Below the pieces are notes generated by a model that ran no database searches, was not told the origin of the DNA, and saw only the letters and a list, made by a program, of their open reading frames with translations. Of a DNA stretch of 37,892 nucleotides, positions 11,169 through 21,812 are shown piece by piece. Numbering within the stretch: the stretch's first letter is position 1; each line of letters starts with the position of its first letter. The DNA comes from Chiloscyllium plagiosum (taxonomy: Eukaryota): contig NC_057718.1 in assembly GCF_004010195.1 (NCBI RefSeq), positions 56,707,857-56,745,748 on the forward strand, given 5' to 3'. The position numbers and the translations under genes were made by a program.

Positions 11169-12330
11169 CTGGCTTAAAGAGTGGATATGCATTACAGAAT
11201 TAATTTGTTGGAATATTACTTCCTGCAAATATTTACATGAAGGACAAAAGAAACACAGCATCTCTAAACACAGAAAATTAGTGATTGCAGCATTTGCTTT
11301 GTGATGTTCACCAATGACAGAAAGGGACTATAAAGGGATGAAGAAATGCGAACATGTTCCACTAATCAGTAATTTTAGAGAGTAGATGCTTTGTACAGAA
11401 ACCTACAAGGGCTGTCTAGTCAGGAAATCTTTTGAAGGTGAGTGGATAGTATTAAAACAAGTAATTGAATCATACTATTAAAATTGGGAGATATAAAACT
11501 GACAGAACCTTGTCACAGTGAGACAATGAAACCTTAAAAGATGATATTCAATTTGATCTGGGACAGAAATTTCAGGTCTCAACAAAGTTGAGAATGGAGA
11601 TGAATGGTGCCTGAAAATACCAGCTGGGATGAAACTAAGTATAAGGAGGGTGGGTTCAGAGCCCAACAGAGCTGCCAAATAAATTTATTGACAGCCTTCT
11701 TAAGGCAGTTGAAGGAAGCTAATTTAGATTTTTCAGTCAGACTCCAGTTTCCTGATCCTATGGGGTCAGTTTAATTGAGTTGTGCATTCGGCAGCAGGTG
11801 TGCCAGTGCTCCAAGCAGGCCAATAGGCCTTCCATGCCTGCATGCGGGTACAAAGGTCATTGTTTAGAGGATTCTGCCCTTTCATCCTCCCAATGCTGTT
11901 TTTCTATTGAATATTTTGAAAAGTTGATGAGAACATCTTTATATTGAAGCACCATCATAGTTATTTACATTTTATTGCAGTCTGCTGCTCCTGTCAAGCT
12001 GGAAACTCTGTGATTGGCATTCCTGCATTGAGTGACTGGTTGCTGCTGTTAAATAGGCAGAGATTCCAGGGTAATTTGTTGGATTTTGGCTGGGACATCA
12101 GTGAAAATGACATTTTTCCCTCAGGCTCAGATCCCACACCTGATAAACCTCTAACTTCTGTTTAGACCCCCCAAAGCGAAACTTCAATTCCTGGTATTTG
12201 TTTAATGGACCAGAAAATGTATAAGAAATTGCATGTAGTAACCAACAAATGAGAAAATGTTTAACATGATTTGAAATTTGATAATTCCCAAAAATGAGAA
12301 TCAGGTACATAATTTTAAAGAGGCTAATTT

Positions 12331-12658
12331 GATTAGATTAGATTAGATTAGATTACATTACAGTGTGGAAACAGGCCCTTCGGCCCAACAAGTCCACACC
12401 GACCCGCCGAAGCGCAACCCATCCATACCCCTACATTTACCCATTACCTAACACTACAGGCAATTTAGCATGGCCAATTCACCTGACCTGCACATCTTTT
12501 GTGATTGTGGGAGGAAACCGGAGCACCCGGAGGAAACCTACGCAGACACAAGGAGAATGTGCAAACTCCACACAGTCAGTCGCCTGAGGCGGGAATTGAA
12601 CCCGGGTCTCAGGCGCTGTGAGGCAGCAGTGCTAACTACTGTGCCACCGTGCCGCCCA
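12331..12658 (-). mobile_element. HE1 SINE, young full-length copy
   Basis: (GATTA)n tail, intact A box and B box (ggttcaattcc), 5' end gggcggcacgg. Confidence 0.95.
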
Positions 12659-12660
12659 CT

Positions 12661-12768
12661 TTTATTTTACCCCTTACCTAACACTACGGGCAATTTAGTA
12701 TGGCCAATTCACCTGACCCTGCACATCTTTGGACTCTGGGTGGAAACCAGAGCACCCGGAGGAAACCC
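12661..12768 (-). mobile_element. Partial HE1 SINE abutting the previous copy
   Basis: Repeats 12436-12538 with several substitutions. Confidence 0.85.
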
Positions 12769-13069
12769 TCTGTATTAAATAATACAAATATATCAAATAA
12801 ATCAGAAGAGATTATTCAATGGAACTAAGTGAAGGACCTTTAAAGGCAGAACGTGATATGCAGGATACAAACATTCCCAGAAATATCTGGGTCAGATTTA
12901 TTTGCAAGCATAACTTTAAATAGGTTGATAAATGAACTAAATGGAAGATAAAGAAGAAACTGACTTGATAAATCTGTAACCAAGTTAAGAATTGGGACTT
13001 ACTGAGAGGAATATCAGAAAATGCACAAAACAAAGAGTGCTTGGAAAAAATGCATAATGGAAGATTTAT

Positions 13070-13558
13070 TTATTTATTCATTTGTGGGATGTAGGCATTG
13101 CTGGCTTGTCAGCATTTATTCCCCATCCCTAGTTGCCCTTAAAAAGGTAGTGATGAGCTGCCTTCTTGAACTGCGGCAGTCCACTTGCTGTGGGTTGACC
13201 TAATATGCCATTTGGGAGGGAATTCCAGGATTTTGATCTAGTGACAGCAAAGGAACAATGGAGTATATTTCCACATCAGGATCATGAGTGGCTTGGAGGA
13301 GAACTTGAAAGTGGTAGCGTTTCCATAAATATCTGCTGCCGTTTTCCTTCTAGATGGAAGTAGTTGTCGTTTTGGAAGTTGCTGTCTGAGGAACTTTGAT
13401 GAATTTCTGCAGTGCACCTTGTAGATAATACACTGCTGCTACAGACTGTCGGCGGAGGTGAGGGGGAAGTGGATACTTGTGGAATTAATGCCAATCAAGT
13501 GGGCTGCTTTGTCCTAGATGGTGTCAAGCTTCTTGAGTGTTGTTGGAGCTGCACTCAC
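13070..13558 (-). mobile_element. 3' end of a CR1/L2-group LINE from a different family than HER1
   Basis: Minus strand gives SAAPTTLKKLDTI.DKAAHLIG, SKSWNSLP and FKKAAHH.L, followed by an aataaat tail. Confidence 0.75.
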
Positions 13559-13634
13559 AGAAGCAAGCATGACAATAATGAGAAATTCACAGTCCAAAAA
13601 GTAGAAGTCAGAGAATAGGTCTGAAGAGAAAAGA

Positions 13635-14700
13635 AACATATCCATATAGCAATTTTCACAATCTCCAGACATCCAAAATCACTTGACAAATAATTAATTG
13701 TATTTTGAAATATAGTCACTATTGTATCCAGAAAATGTGGCAGACAATGTGTGCATAAAAACCATGTAATAACATGTAAAACCATAAAAATAATGTAAGA
13801 ATAATCTGAAGCATGATGCGGGTGAGAAATGCTTTACCAGGACATTACGAAAAAGTCTAAAATAAAACAAATAACCACAGATGGTGGAGATCTGAAACAA
13901 ACTAAAACAGAAATATCTGGAGAAACTTGGCTGGTCTGGCTGCATCTCTGAAGAGAAAAGAGTGTTAACATTTCGAGGCCAATGAGCTTCCAGTTCCCCA
14001 CCACTTCAACACACTGTGTTCCCATGCCAGCTGTCTCAGGTCTCCTGTAGTGGTCCAGTAAAGTTCAACACAAGCTGGAAGAACAACATGTAATCTTCCA
14101 CTTGGGGACTTTATAGCCTTCTGGAACAATTCGGAGTTTAAGAATTTTAGAGCATGATCACTCCCTTCCATATCTATAACTCAACCCTGCACTATAGCTG
14201 CTGTCATGACATAAGTGGACTCTACTGATCTGCCTGACCTGCTGCGCTTTTCCAGCGACACATTTTCAGTTCTACTGAAAGAAACCCATTTTCTAACACT
14301 ACTATGCCCCCATTATCACTTATCTACCCTCTCTTCTTCCCTGCCTTACTATCAACAATCCCAAAAACAATTTTTCTGCCCTACCTCGTCATCAGTATAA
14401 TGCTACCTTTACCTAGCTACTGTCTGTTCTAAAGGGTCACTAGACTCGAAATATTAACAGTTTTTTCTTCACAGATGCTGCTAGGCCTGCTGAGTTTCTC
14501 CAACAATTTCTGTGTTTGCTTCATTAAGAAAAACCCACTTGCTTTTCCTCAGAGTGCCACGATACCATTGAGACTGCCGACTGATCCTCAATTTGACATT
14601 GCTGAAGGAGTGTCACATTGTAACGTCAGCCTCGATTTTGTGATCAATTGTTGAATCCATAACCCTCTGTCTTAACATTCAAGAACGCTACCTACTGAGA
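13635..14700 (-). mobile_element. Deu-domain SINE (SacSINE1-like), split by a PLE insertion
   Basis: ttttgaaatatagtcactattgta, ccaggaca, gtcagcctcgattttgtgatcaa and ttgaatccataacc match my recollection of the SacSINE1/AmnSINE reverse strand. Confidence 0.65.
13858..14521 (+). mobile_element. PLE 3' fragment (GIY-YIG C-terminus) with an inverted terminal arm
   Basis: HFN...KLEEQHVIFHLGTL.PSG...EFKNFR at about 14002-14152. Inverted arms at 13900-13990 and 14430-14520. Possible TSD cattacgaaaaa / cattaagaaaaa. Confidence 0.8.
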
Positions 14701-15515
14701 AACAGCTCACAGGTGAGCACAAAATGCTAAACTGAATGACTACATCATCTAAATAGACAGAATACATGAGAAAACTGTCCCATGTCATTTAAAATGAATA
14801 ACTTCATTAAGTATTAAACTTGACTCAGTGATAGCATTCTCTGACAGAATATTGCCCACATCTCTGACTCCTGTTATTTAGTGAAATGTGGGACAGAAGT
14901 CTGTATAATAAGAATTATTCATTCATTTTGATTTTCTCCAATCTATTATATCCTACAAGAGACAGGACAAAACGCCAGCAATTATGAGGCATTGAATCTG
15001 GTTACTGTGTCAGTCATAGCTAAAAAGCTGGAGATATATTGATACAGTGCAAATTGGGCATGACACTTGCAGATTAGGAGGTCTAAGGCTGACGTAAAAT
15101 GTCTGGACGTTTAACGAGAGTCCTTTGTCTCAGGGTGTCCTGCTGGATGAGTAATGGAGAGTCGGATGCTGAACAGCATAAGAGGTTGGTTATATTTTGG
15201 GTAGAACATGTCATGGACAACATATTCACTATTGCTTGCCAGATAAGAGTACCACTGTTTCAATATCCAGGTGCCCAAGCTCTGGGAGTGAAGTTTCCTT
15301 GTCATTTTCTCTGTTTCCCTTCTGAGCATGATGTTTCAGGTATTCCTGATCTCATCTGGAGCTTTCAGATCTCTCCACATGTTCACATGTATCACTAACA
15401 CCTCGAGATATGCACTGATCATTCTGTATACTTTTGCACCCTGATATTCAGTTAGCACAAATTCCAATTGCAGCAAATATTTTGTGGAACCTTCCTTCAA
15501 GAGGAATTTGACTGT

Positions 15516-15865
15516 AGGGTGGCATGATGGTTCAGTGGTTAGCACTGCTGCCTCACAGGCGTGGGTAACTGAATTTGATTCCACCCACGGGTGACTGACA
15601 GTGTGGAGTTTGCACATTCTGCGTGGGTTTCCTCTGGGTGTTCCGGTTTTCTCACACAGTCCAAAAGACATGCAAGTTAGCTGGATTGACCATGCTAAAT
15701 TGTCCATAGTGTCCAGGGATGTGCAGACTAGGTGAAATATCCATGGGATGCTGGGTTACAGAGACAGGGTTGGGTGTGGGGTTCTGGGTGGGATGCTCTT
15801 CGAAGGGTTGGTGAGAACTTGATGCCAATGGTTTGCCTCCACACTGTAGAGATTCTATGATTTTC
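15516..15865 (+). mobile_element. HE1 SINE, older copy
   Basis: tggttcagtggttagcactgctgcctcacag head, HE1 core and gattctatga tail. Confidence 0.88.
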
Positions 15866-17073
15866 AAAGATCAAGCTGCATGTACCAAATGTCTGCACCA
15901 TTTATTATGTTTCCTATCATGTGCAGAGCCCTATGGTTTTGTTAAGGAAACAGGCTGGAGGGCAACTTGCTGCTAACATCATTGGGAAGTGGTGGTACAT
16001 GAGTTTTGTTTTTGCTTATGTAAATCTGGATGTGTGAGGGCGTACCACAAATTGTGAAACAATTGCACGTTTCTAAAGTCAGGGTTAATGATTTTCTTGC
16101 TCTTTCTATTTCAGTGATAATTCTTTAATCTGGTTAAATGAAACACTGTTACATATTCAGGTTCAAGATCCCATGTTACAGGACGCAGCGCTGTTTTTAA
16201 TAACTCATCATCACAAACCATAGTGCAAGCGGCCACATGAAATCTCTGGAGAGGAGTTAAGTGTAATTAATGGTTAATATTGTTTGTTCATTATTGACCA
16301 CAAAATCAGGGTAATATACTTCACATATCAAAACATTATAACAGTTAACTCAGTGGAAGGAAATTTCCTAGTACCCCAAATAAAATTTACAAACTGAGTT
16401 GGTACTGTTGTACAAAATTTACTGCATCTATTAGGGAATATTTTAGGATAAAAATGCTAATAGTTCATCCCTTAAACATCTTTATTTATAAATGATTAAT
16501 GCAGAACTAATTGAAACTCACAGAAGCAGAACATCAATTAATTAATTCATAATTTTGTATCTAGGTTAAAATTACAGAAATTCTTAGTGCAGATTTTGCA
16601 TAATGTCTCCCAACTTTATTATCTGGAATGAAAGCTGCCTATCATGTAGAGCTCTTTGGCAATGTTAAGGTAGCAGAATGGAGGGGAAATTGCTGCTAAT
16701 TTCATGCCCTGAAGCTTGAAATCTGGTTTGAAAACAATACTGGATTATTGATTCTTTAGAATTAATTATATCAATATTCTTTCAATCAACTAATAGACAG
16801 AATCTGTTTTCACGTGCAATTTTTATGTACTGTTCCATAATAATGCTACAATAAGGAATTATTTGTAAATATTTTTGACATTTGTACATATCCTACATAT
16901 AAATGCATACATATTTTCATGATAATGACATACAAGATGAAGTCTAGTTTAAATATGGTGTTAGAACAAAAGTATAAACAAAGGGACATACAAAGGAAAG
17001 CATAGGGAATAATTAATAAAGGTTAAGTGATGAAAGCTACCACAACCATTTGAGAAATTGAATTGAGTCTTAC

Positions 17074-17157
17074 ACATGGAGCGGCGATACAGGGCCTTCA
17101 TTTTGTCTTTATCCTTTGGTCTGTTCCTCATAAAGGGCAGCCTTTTCAGTGCAGCCA
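17074..17157 (-). CDS. CCDC88A: Girdin 84-nt symmetric (phase 1 to 1) exon, probable cassette
   Basis: Acceptor gaaataaaag|TG and donor ATGT|gtaaga. Translates (M)AALKRLPFMRNRPKDKDKMKALYRRSM(S), against human MVALKRLPFLRNRPKDKDKMKACYRRSMS as recalled. Confidence 0.94.
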
Positions 17158-17452
17158 CTTTTATTTCACAGCATGTGACAGAAAGGAAATTGGTAAGTGA
17201 AAACAAAGAAGAGGGAGGGAAAACAGATGGAATTTAAATGCTGAAACTAGAGACAGTAACAAACATGCTTAAGTTTCAGCTGTTCATTCTGATTATTACT
17301 AATATACAAACGTTACAATGAACAGTACATATTCTATTGAACGGAAGTTTCTATAACATTTGAAGAACCGTACAAAAAAAAGGTTGCATACAGGTCCTTA
17401 TATATTAGTACTAAATATTCACAAAAGTAAACAACCATGATCTTAAGGTAAT

Positions 17453-17900
17453 GGGCTGGATTTTCCATTTTTAGACAAAGTATTATTTTTGGGAAGTTTC
17501 ATGGCAGGTGTCCCAACATGGCTTCGAACTTTTCTCAAGCTATTTTCCAGTCCTCACCTCATTAATTATGCAACTGGCCTCTTTTGTCTAAATTGAAGAG
17601 TGAATTTCCCAGCACTAGCAAAAGTTTCTGGTGTACAGGCTGCTGGCACCATAATTCAAGATCAGCTGTACTCCATTTCAGGTGCTGCAAGCCAATTACC
17701 ACATACACAGTCTCCTTGACAAACCAAAATGTTTCAGAAAGGTAAGCTGCCAACACACTTTCCAGATAGGGTCCTGGAGGACAGGATGGTTGAGGGGAGG
17801 GTCATATTACCCAGTGGAACACCAGAGGAGCCCACAGCATGTCTGAAAGAATGCACAACAGTCTAGAAAAAGATCAATGGTCTTCACTCCGACAACATGT
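17453..17900 (+). mobile_element. Harbinger/PIF-like DNA transposon remnant with Myb/SANT-like fragment
   Basis: Starts gggctggattttcc. Remnants GKL..HFPDRVLE and RKKINGL lie at 17741-17885. Homologous to the copy at 21688. Confidence 0.5.
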
Positions 17901-18968
17901 TTTCTCTGCGACCACTCACTCTGCTGCTGCACACAAACCTCATCATCGCTCATAGACCACTAGCCACACTATTACACATAGCATGTGCAGTCAATAGCTC
18001 TTAACCACATCATCTTCCACAACCACCAACTCTTCCTGGCTATAAAAAAATTGCAATCCACAGGGGTTGGAAACTTCCAAATGAGTGCAAAAGCGAATTA
18101 GCACTAAGAAATTAAGCTGTCATAAGATGTACCCTATGTAGTTGCATGAGATGGCTATGTCCCCCTGCATGTCAAGTGACTTGGCAGGAGCATGCAAGTC
18201 AAAAGGTGTCCCTCAGCTCCAAAGCCTTGAAAGGCTGAAGTGGATTGTAAATTGATCGTAGATCAGCTATGATAATGTAGAGAAGCTGGTAGTTGCTAAT
18301 GCTGACCATGGTGGATAAAAGGTGGAGAAGGACTCTGTCAAAGGTGCACTCAAAAACATATTAATGAAGGGATGCTTAAATGAAGGCCCAGAGAAGCAAG
18401 TGGCAAGCTCCTTCAACAGATAACCACTGATATTCATGCCAGGGATTGTTATCATTTAGTTTCTTGGGAGACATTGGGAAAATTGCAACTTGCATAGAAA
18501 TGAGGTGTACTAATTGGATATGAATACATAGAAATAAGGTAGTTGCCACTTATCAATGAGACTTGAATCTCAATGTTTAAATCATAATGGGAAATTCTTT
18601 TCTCAGCTTCAAACATAATTTTTTTGATCCTCAATATATTTTCTCACATTCTGCCATTGTCCATGTCACTCAAGGCTTGGGAAAACTATGTCCAATGTTT
18701 TAATAAAAGCTTACCATTGAGAGTTTATTGAACCTTTAAAAATACAAGCATTTAATTACAAAGTTTTAAAGAACAATGAACATATAGAATCAGTTTACAA
18801 TCAAAATTCTTACATTTATGCTGCTGAAATTTTACTTAAGAATTTAACACTAAAACAAAACAATTTTGATCCATTATTCTTTTTACAATTCACATATGGA
18901 TCTTTGTTTTATCATCATGGTAAATTATATTTTTTCTTTGAAACAGTATCAAATAGGTGTATACTCAC

Positions 18969-19177
18969 TGCTGCTCTTTTTCATTGTCTGACCATCTTCA
19001 AGAGAGTTAGAACCCACAGAAGAGCTATCTTGACTATCTTGATGAGGCAACTGAAGGAATCCATCACTTGATTCTGACCTGGTTGGAGTGCTTGAGAGAG
19101 ATTTGATGCGTTCTCGGTTTCCCTCCTTTTTGTGTTTTATTAATTTCTTCATCTTTATTGCAATCCAATTCCCCCGT
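18969..19177 (-). CDS. CCDC88A: Girdin internal coding exon (209 nt, phase 2 to 1) with basic stretch and Akt motif
   Basis: Acceptor ttcttccag|A and donor AGCA|gtgagt. Translates RGNWIAIKMKKLIKHKKEGNRERIKSLSSTPTRSESSDGFLQLPHQDSQDSSSVGSNSLEDGQTMKKSS. Overlaps ORF 18949..19152. Confidence 0.97.
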
Positions 19178-19462
19178 CTGGAAGAAAGGAGTGGATCTCT
19201 GCATCAATAGTAGCCATAATCAGATGTGTAAAGAGGCAAACAATAAATTATTCATGAACTATCCCTCCACATTGTAACTTGTGTTTTACTACAACGTTCA
19301 AATTATATATCCAAAATACATTTAAATCATTTGAATATTACAAGTAAAAAAAATCAAATTAGTAATTTTATACATAGCTAAATTGTATAAAATGAATGCA
19401 TCAATTGAAATCACATTTTTAAAAAGAATATTTCATTTACAGCAAATAAATTTTGTTCATAC

Positions 19463-19555
19463 CTTCGAGGTGGAGATGGTTCGTAAAATTTATACTGATC
19501 CATAATCTTCTCTTCAAGTTTCTCCTTCTGTCGTCGAAGTTCATTCAATTTATCA
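19463..19555 (-). CDS. CCDC88A: Girdin internal coding exon (93 nt, phase 2 to 2)
   Basis: Acceptor ctgtcttag|T and donor CGAAG|gtatga. Translates [30 protein letters not shown](R), near-identical to human Girdin as I recall it. Confidence 0.97.
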
Positions 19556-19799
19556 CTAAGACAGAAAGACAAAATGATGATTCCTAATTTTGTTTTTTAT
19601 TTGTATACAATCGTTCAAAGATCTTATTTAAAAGACCTCACTCCACTTACGCAAAACATATTGCTTTTCTAACAAAATTTCAAATGAACTTTTTGTTCAT
19701 TTATCGAAGTTTGAAAATGTCTGAGCATGGAAACATCCAAGGAGGAGGTAAGAGTAAGAAGAATGGTTTTACGCAATGTTCCCTCTAAGCTTAGTCAGT

Positions 19800-20130
19800 G
19801 TGTCACCGTGCAGCAATTGGATAGCATTCGAAATACCATTTGTTGCCAGTCAAAAAACTGAGCTTATGAATTTCAGCAAGGGTGATACCAGGTATGCAGA
19901 CCATACATTCCAATGAGCCACTGCTCATATCAAATATGTTCCTCTAATTGTTCATAATAGGCAGAGTACAGATTCAGTCAGTCCATGCTTGCAGAATCTG
20001 AAGCAAACTATTCATTGTCAGTTGTGATTCTGCAACTAGGCAGCACTTGCTTAACAATCCTGAATACACAAATAACTTTGCGAACAAATTTAAGATAATT
20101 AATCAAGCTTGTAATGCAACTCAATACTTG
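19800..20130 (+). mobile_element. Old PLE GIY-YIG endonuclease fragment
   Basis: Degenerate YEFQ...RY(A)..T, HIKYVPL, CDSATRQHLLNNPE and KFKIINQA. Confidence 0.6.
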
Positions 20131-20260
20131 AATTTATGTCATTTCTTATGTCAGGATGTATGAAGAAATGGAAGATGTTGAAGCCTTTTGCATTTTCTGA
20201 ATTACCCAGAAATGTGAGGAGTCCCGTTGCTTTCTCCGTAATAATGCTTTGGCCAGAGTT

Positions 20261-20533
20261 CATCCTGCCCCCTGTAAAAACGCCATCCCATTCTCCCAAT
20301 TCCTTCGACTCCGCCGCATCTGCTCCCAGGAGGACCAGTTCCAAAAACGCACAACCCAGATGGCCTCCTTCTTCAAGGACCGCAATTTCCCCCCCAACGT
20401 GGTCGACGATGCCCTCCACCGCATCTCTCCCACTTCCCGATCCTCCGCCCTTGAACCCCGCCCCTCCAACCGCCACCAGGACAAAACCCCACTGGTCCTC
20501 ACCTACCACCCCACCAATCCCCATGTACAGCGC
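20261..20533 (+). mobile_element. Young PLE fragment (RT thumb/linker)
   Basis: HPAPCKNAIPFSQFLRLRRICS...PLVLTYHPTN is open and CpG-rich (ORF 20249..20653). Confidence 0.9.
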
Positions 20534-20576
20534 AACATTAGTTCCACTTTGCCTTTTCTTTGTCTATGTATTATTG

Positions 20577-21169
20577 CTGGAAATGTGTTGCTGGAAAAGC
20601 GCAGCAGGTCAGGCAGCATCCAGGGAACAGGAGAATTGACGTTTCGGGCATAAGCCCTTCTTCTGGAATGAGGACAGTTTGTCCAGCAGGCTAAGATAAA
20701 AGGTAGGGAGGAGGGACTTGGGGGAGGGGCGTTGGAAATGTGATAGGTGGAAAGAGGTCAAGGTGAGGGTGATAGGCCAGACTGGGGTGGGGGCAGAGAG
20801 GTGGGGAAGAAGATTGCAGGTTAGGAAGGCGGTGCTGAGTTCGATGGATTTGACTGAGACAAGGTATTTCCCCTCCCCCCACCTTGTCTCAGTCAAATCC
20901 ATCGAATTCAGCACCGCCTTCCTAACCTGCAATCTTCTTCCCGACCTCTCCGCCCCCACTCCCGTCTGACCTATCACCCTCACCTTGACCTCTTTCCACC
21001 TATCACATTTCCGACGCCCCTCCCCCGACGCCCCTCCCCCAACCTTTTATCTTAGCCTGCTGGACAAACTTTCCTCATTCCTGAAGAAGGGCTTATGCCC
21101 GAAACGTCAATTCTCCTGTTCCCTGGATGCTGCCTGACCTGCTGCGCTTTTCCAGCAACACATTTTCAG
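20577..21169. repeat. Long inverted repeat of PLE terminal sequence: 289-bp arms, 15-nt loop
   Basis: 20577-20865 is the reverse complement of 20881-21169 with few mismatches. Confidence 0.95.
21077..21112 (+). ncRNA. Minimal hammerhead ribozyme motif with intact core
   Basis: attc-CTGAAGA-a-GGGC-ttat-GCCC-GAAA-CGTC-aatt. Predicted cleavage after C21108. Stem I is weak. Confidence 0.65.
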
Positions 21170-21812
21170 GGGAGTTAGAGTTGTTAACTAATCACCATCC
21201 CTATTCTTCTTTATATAAATTGTTGTAACCATTTCAAACTTAACATAATTTTGTTTATCCAGATGAATGCAAAACAAAAAGTGTTAGCAACAGGTCTCTT
21301 TTTCAGAAATATTTAAGCCTGTACTACCATACAGCAGCAAAAAAATTCCACAACTCAGCTCTTTCATCATAGTCCTGTAGACTCCTCTGGTTCAAATATT
21401 CACCTTATTTTTCCCTTAAAAGATGCAATGACCTCTACCTCAACTGTTTTCTGTGGTGACAATTCCATGCTTTAAACTCATGCAAATTCTGATTAACAGT
21501 GCTTTCCGTGATGATTGCAAGACAATAAGAACCCCTCCCCCCGCAATGCCGACAATAAATATTTTGAAGAGTCAGAATGTGGTAGATAGCCAAGCTTAAG
21601 GAAATTCTGGATTGCATTTTAGAAATGTATCAAAATCAATATAGTAGAGGAAATCTATCTTATCTTCCAGTGCTGATGATGAGACATTGGTTGCATCTTT
21701 CCATATCCTGGCTAAGTATAATTTTTGTCAAGATTTGTGGAGGGTTTTTCTCTGCAAGGCTAAGCACATTTTCTTGCACAACTTTCCCAAACTTGCCTCA
21801 TTAACTACCCAT

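Noticed and set aside
11655..12160. Possible old non-autonomous DNA transposon
   Set aside because: No TIR pair or TSD could be identified.
15080..15990. Possible ancient Gypsy integrase relic on the minus strand around the HE1 copy
   Set aside because: Only vague motif echoes, which cannot be supported without a profile search.
16157..16214. C/D snoRNA-like boxes on the minus strand (GTGATGA...CTGA)
   Set aside because: Too short, poor terminal stem, no clear C'/D' boxes and no rRNA complement that I recognise.
20609..20983. Mirror-image ORFs on both strands
   Set aside because: By-product of the inverted repeat, not genes.
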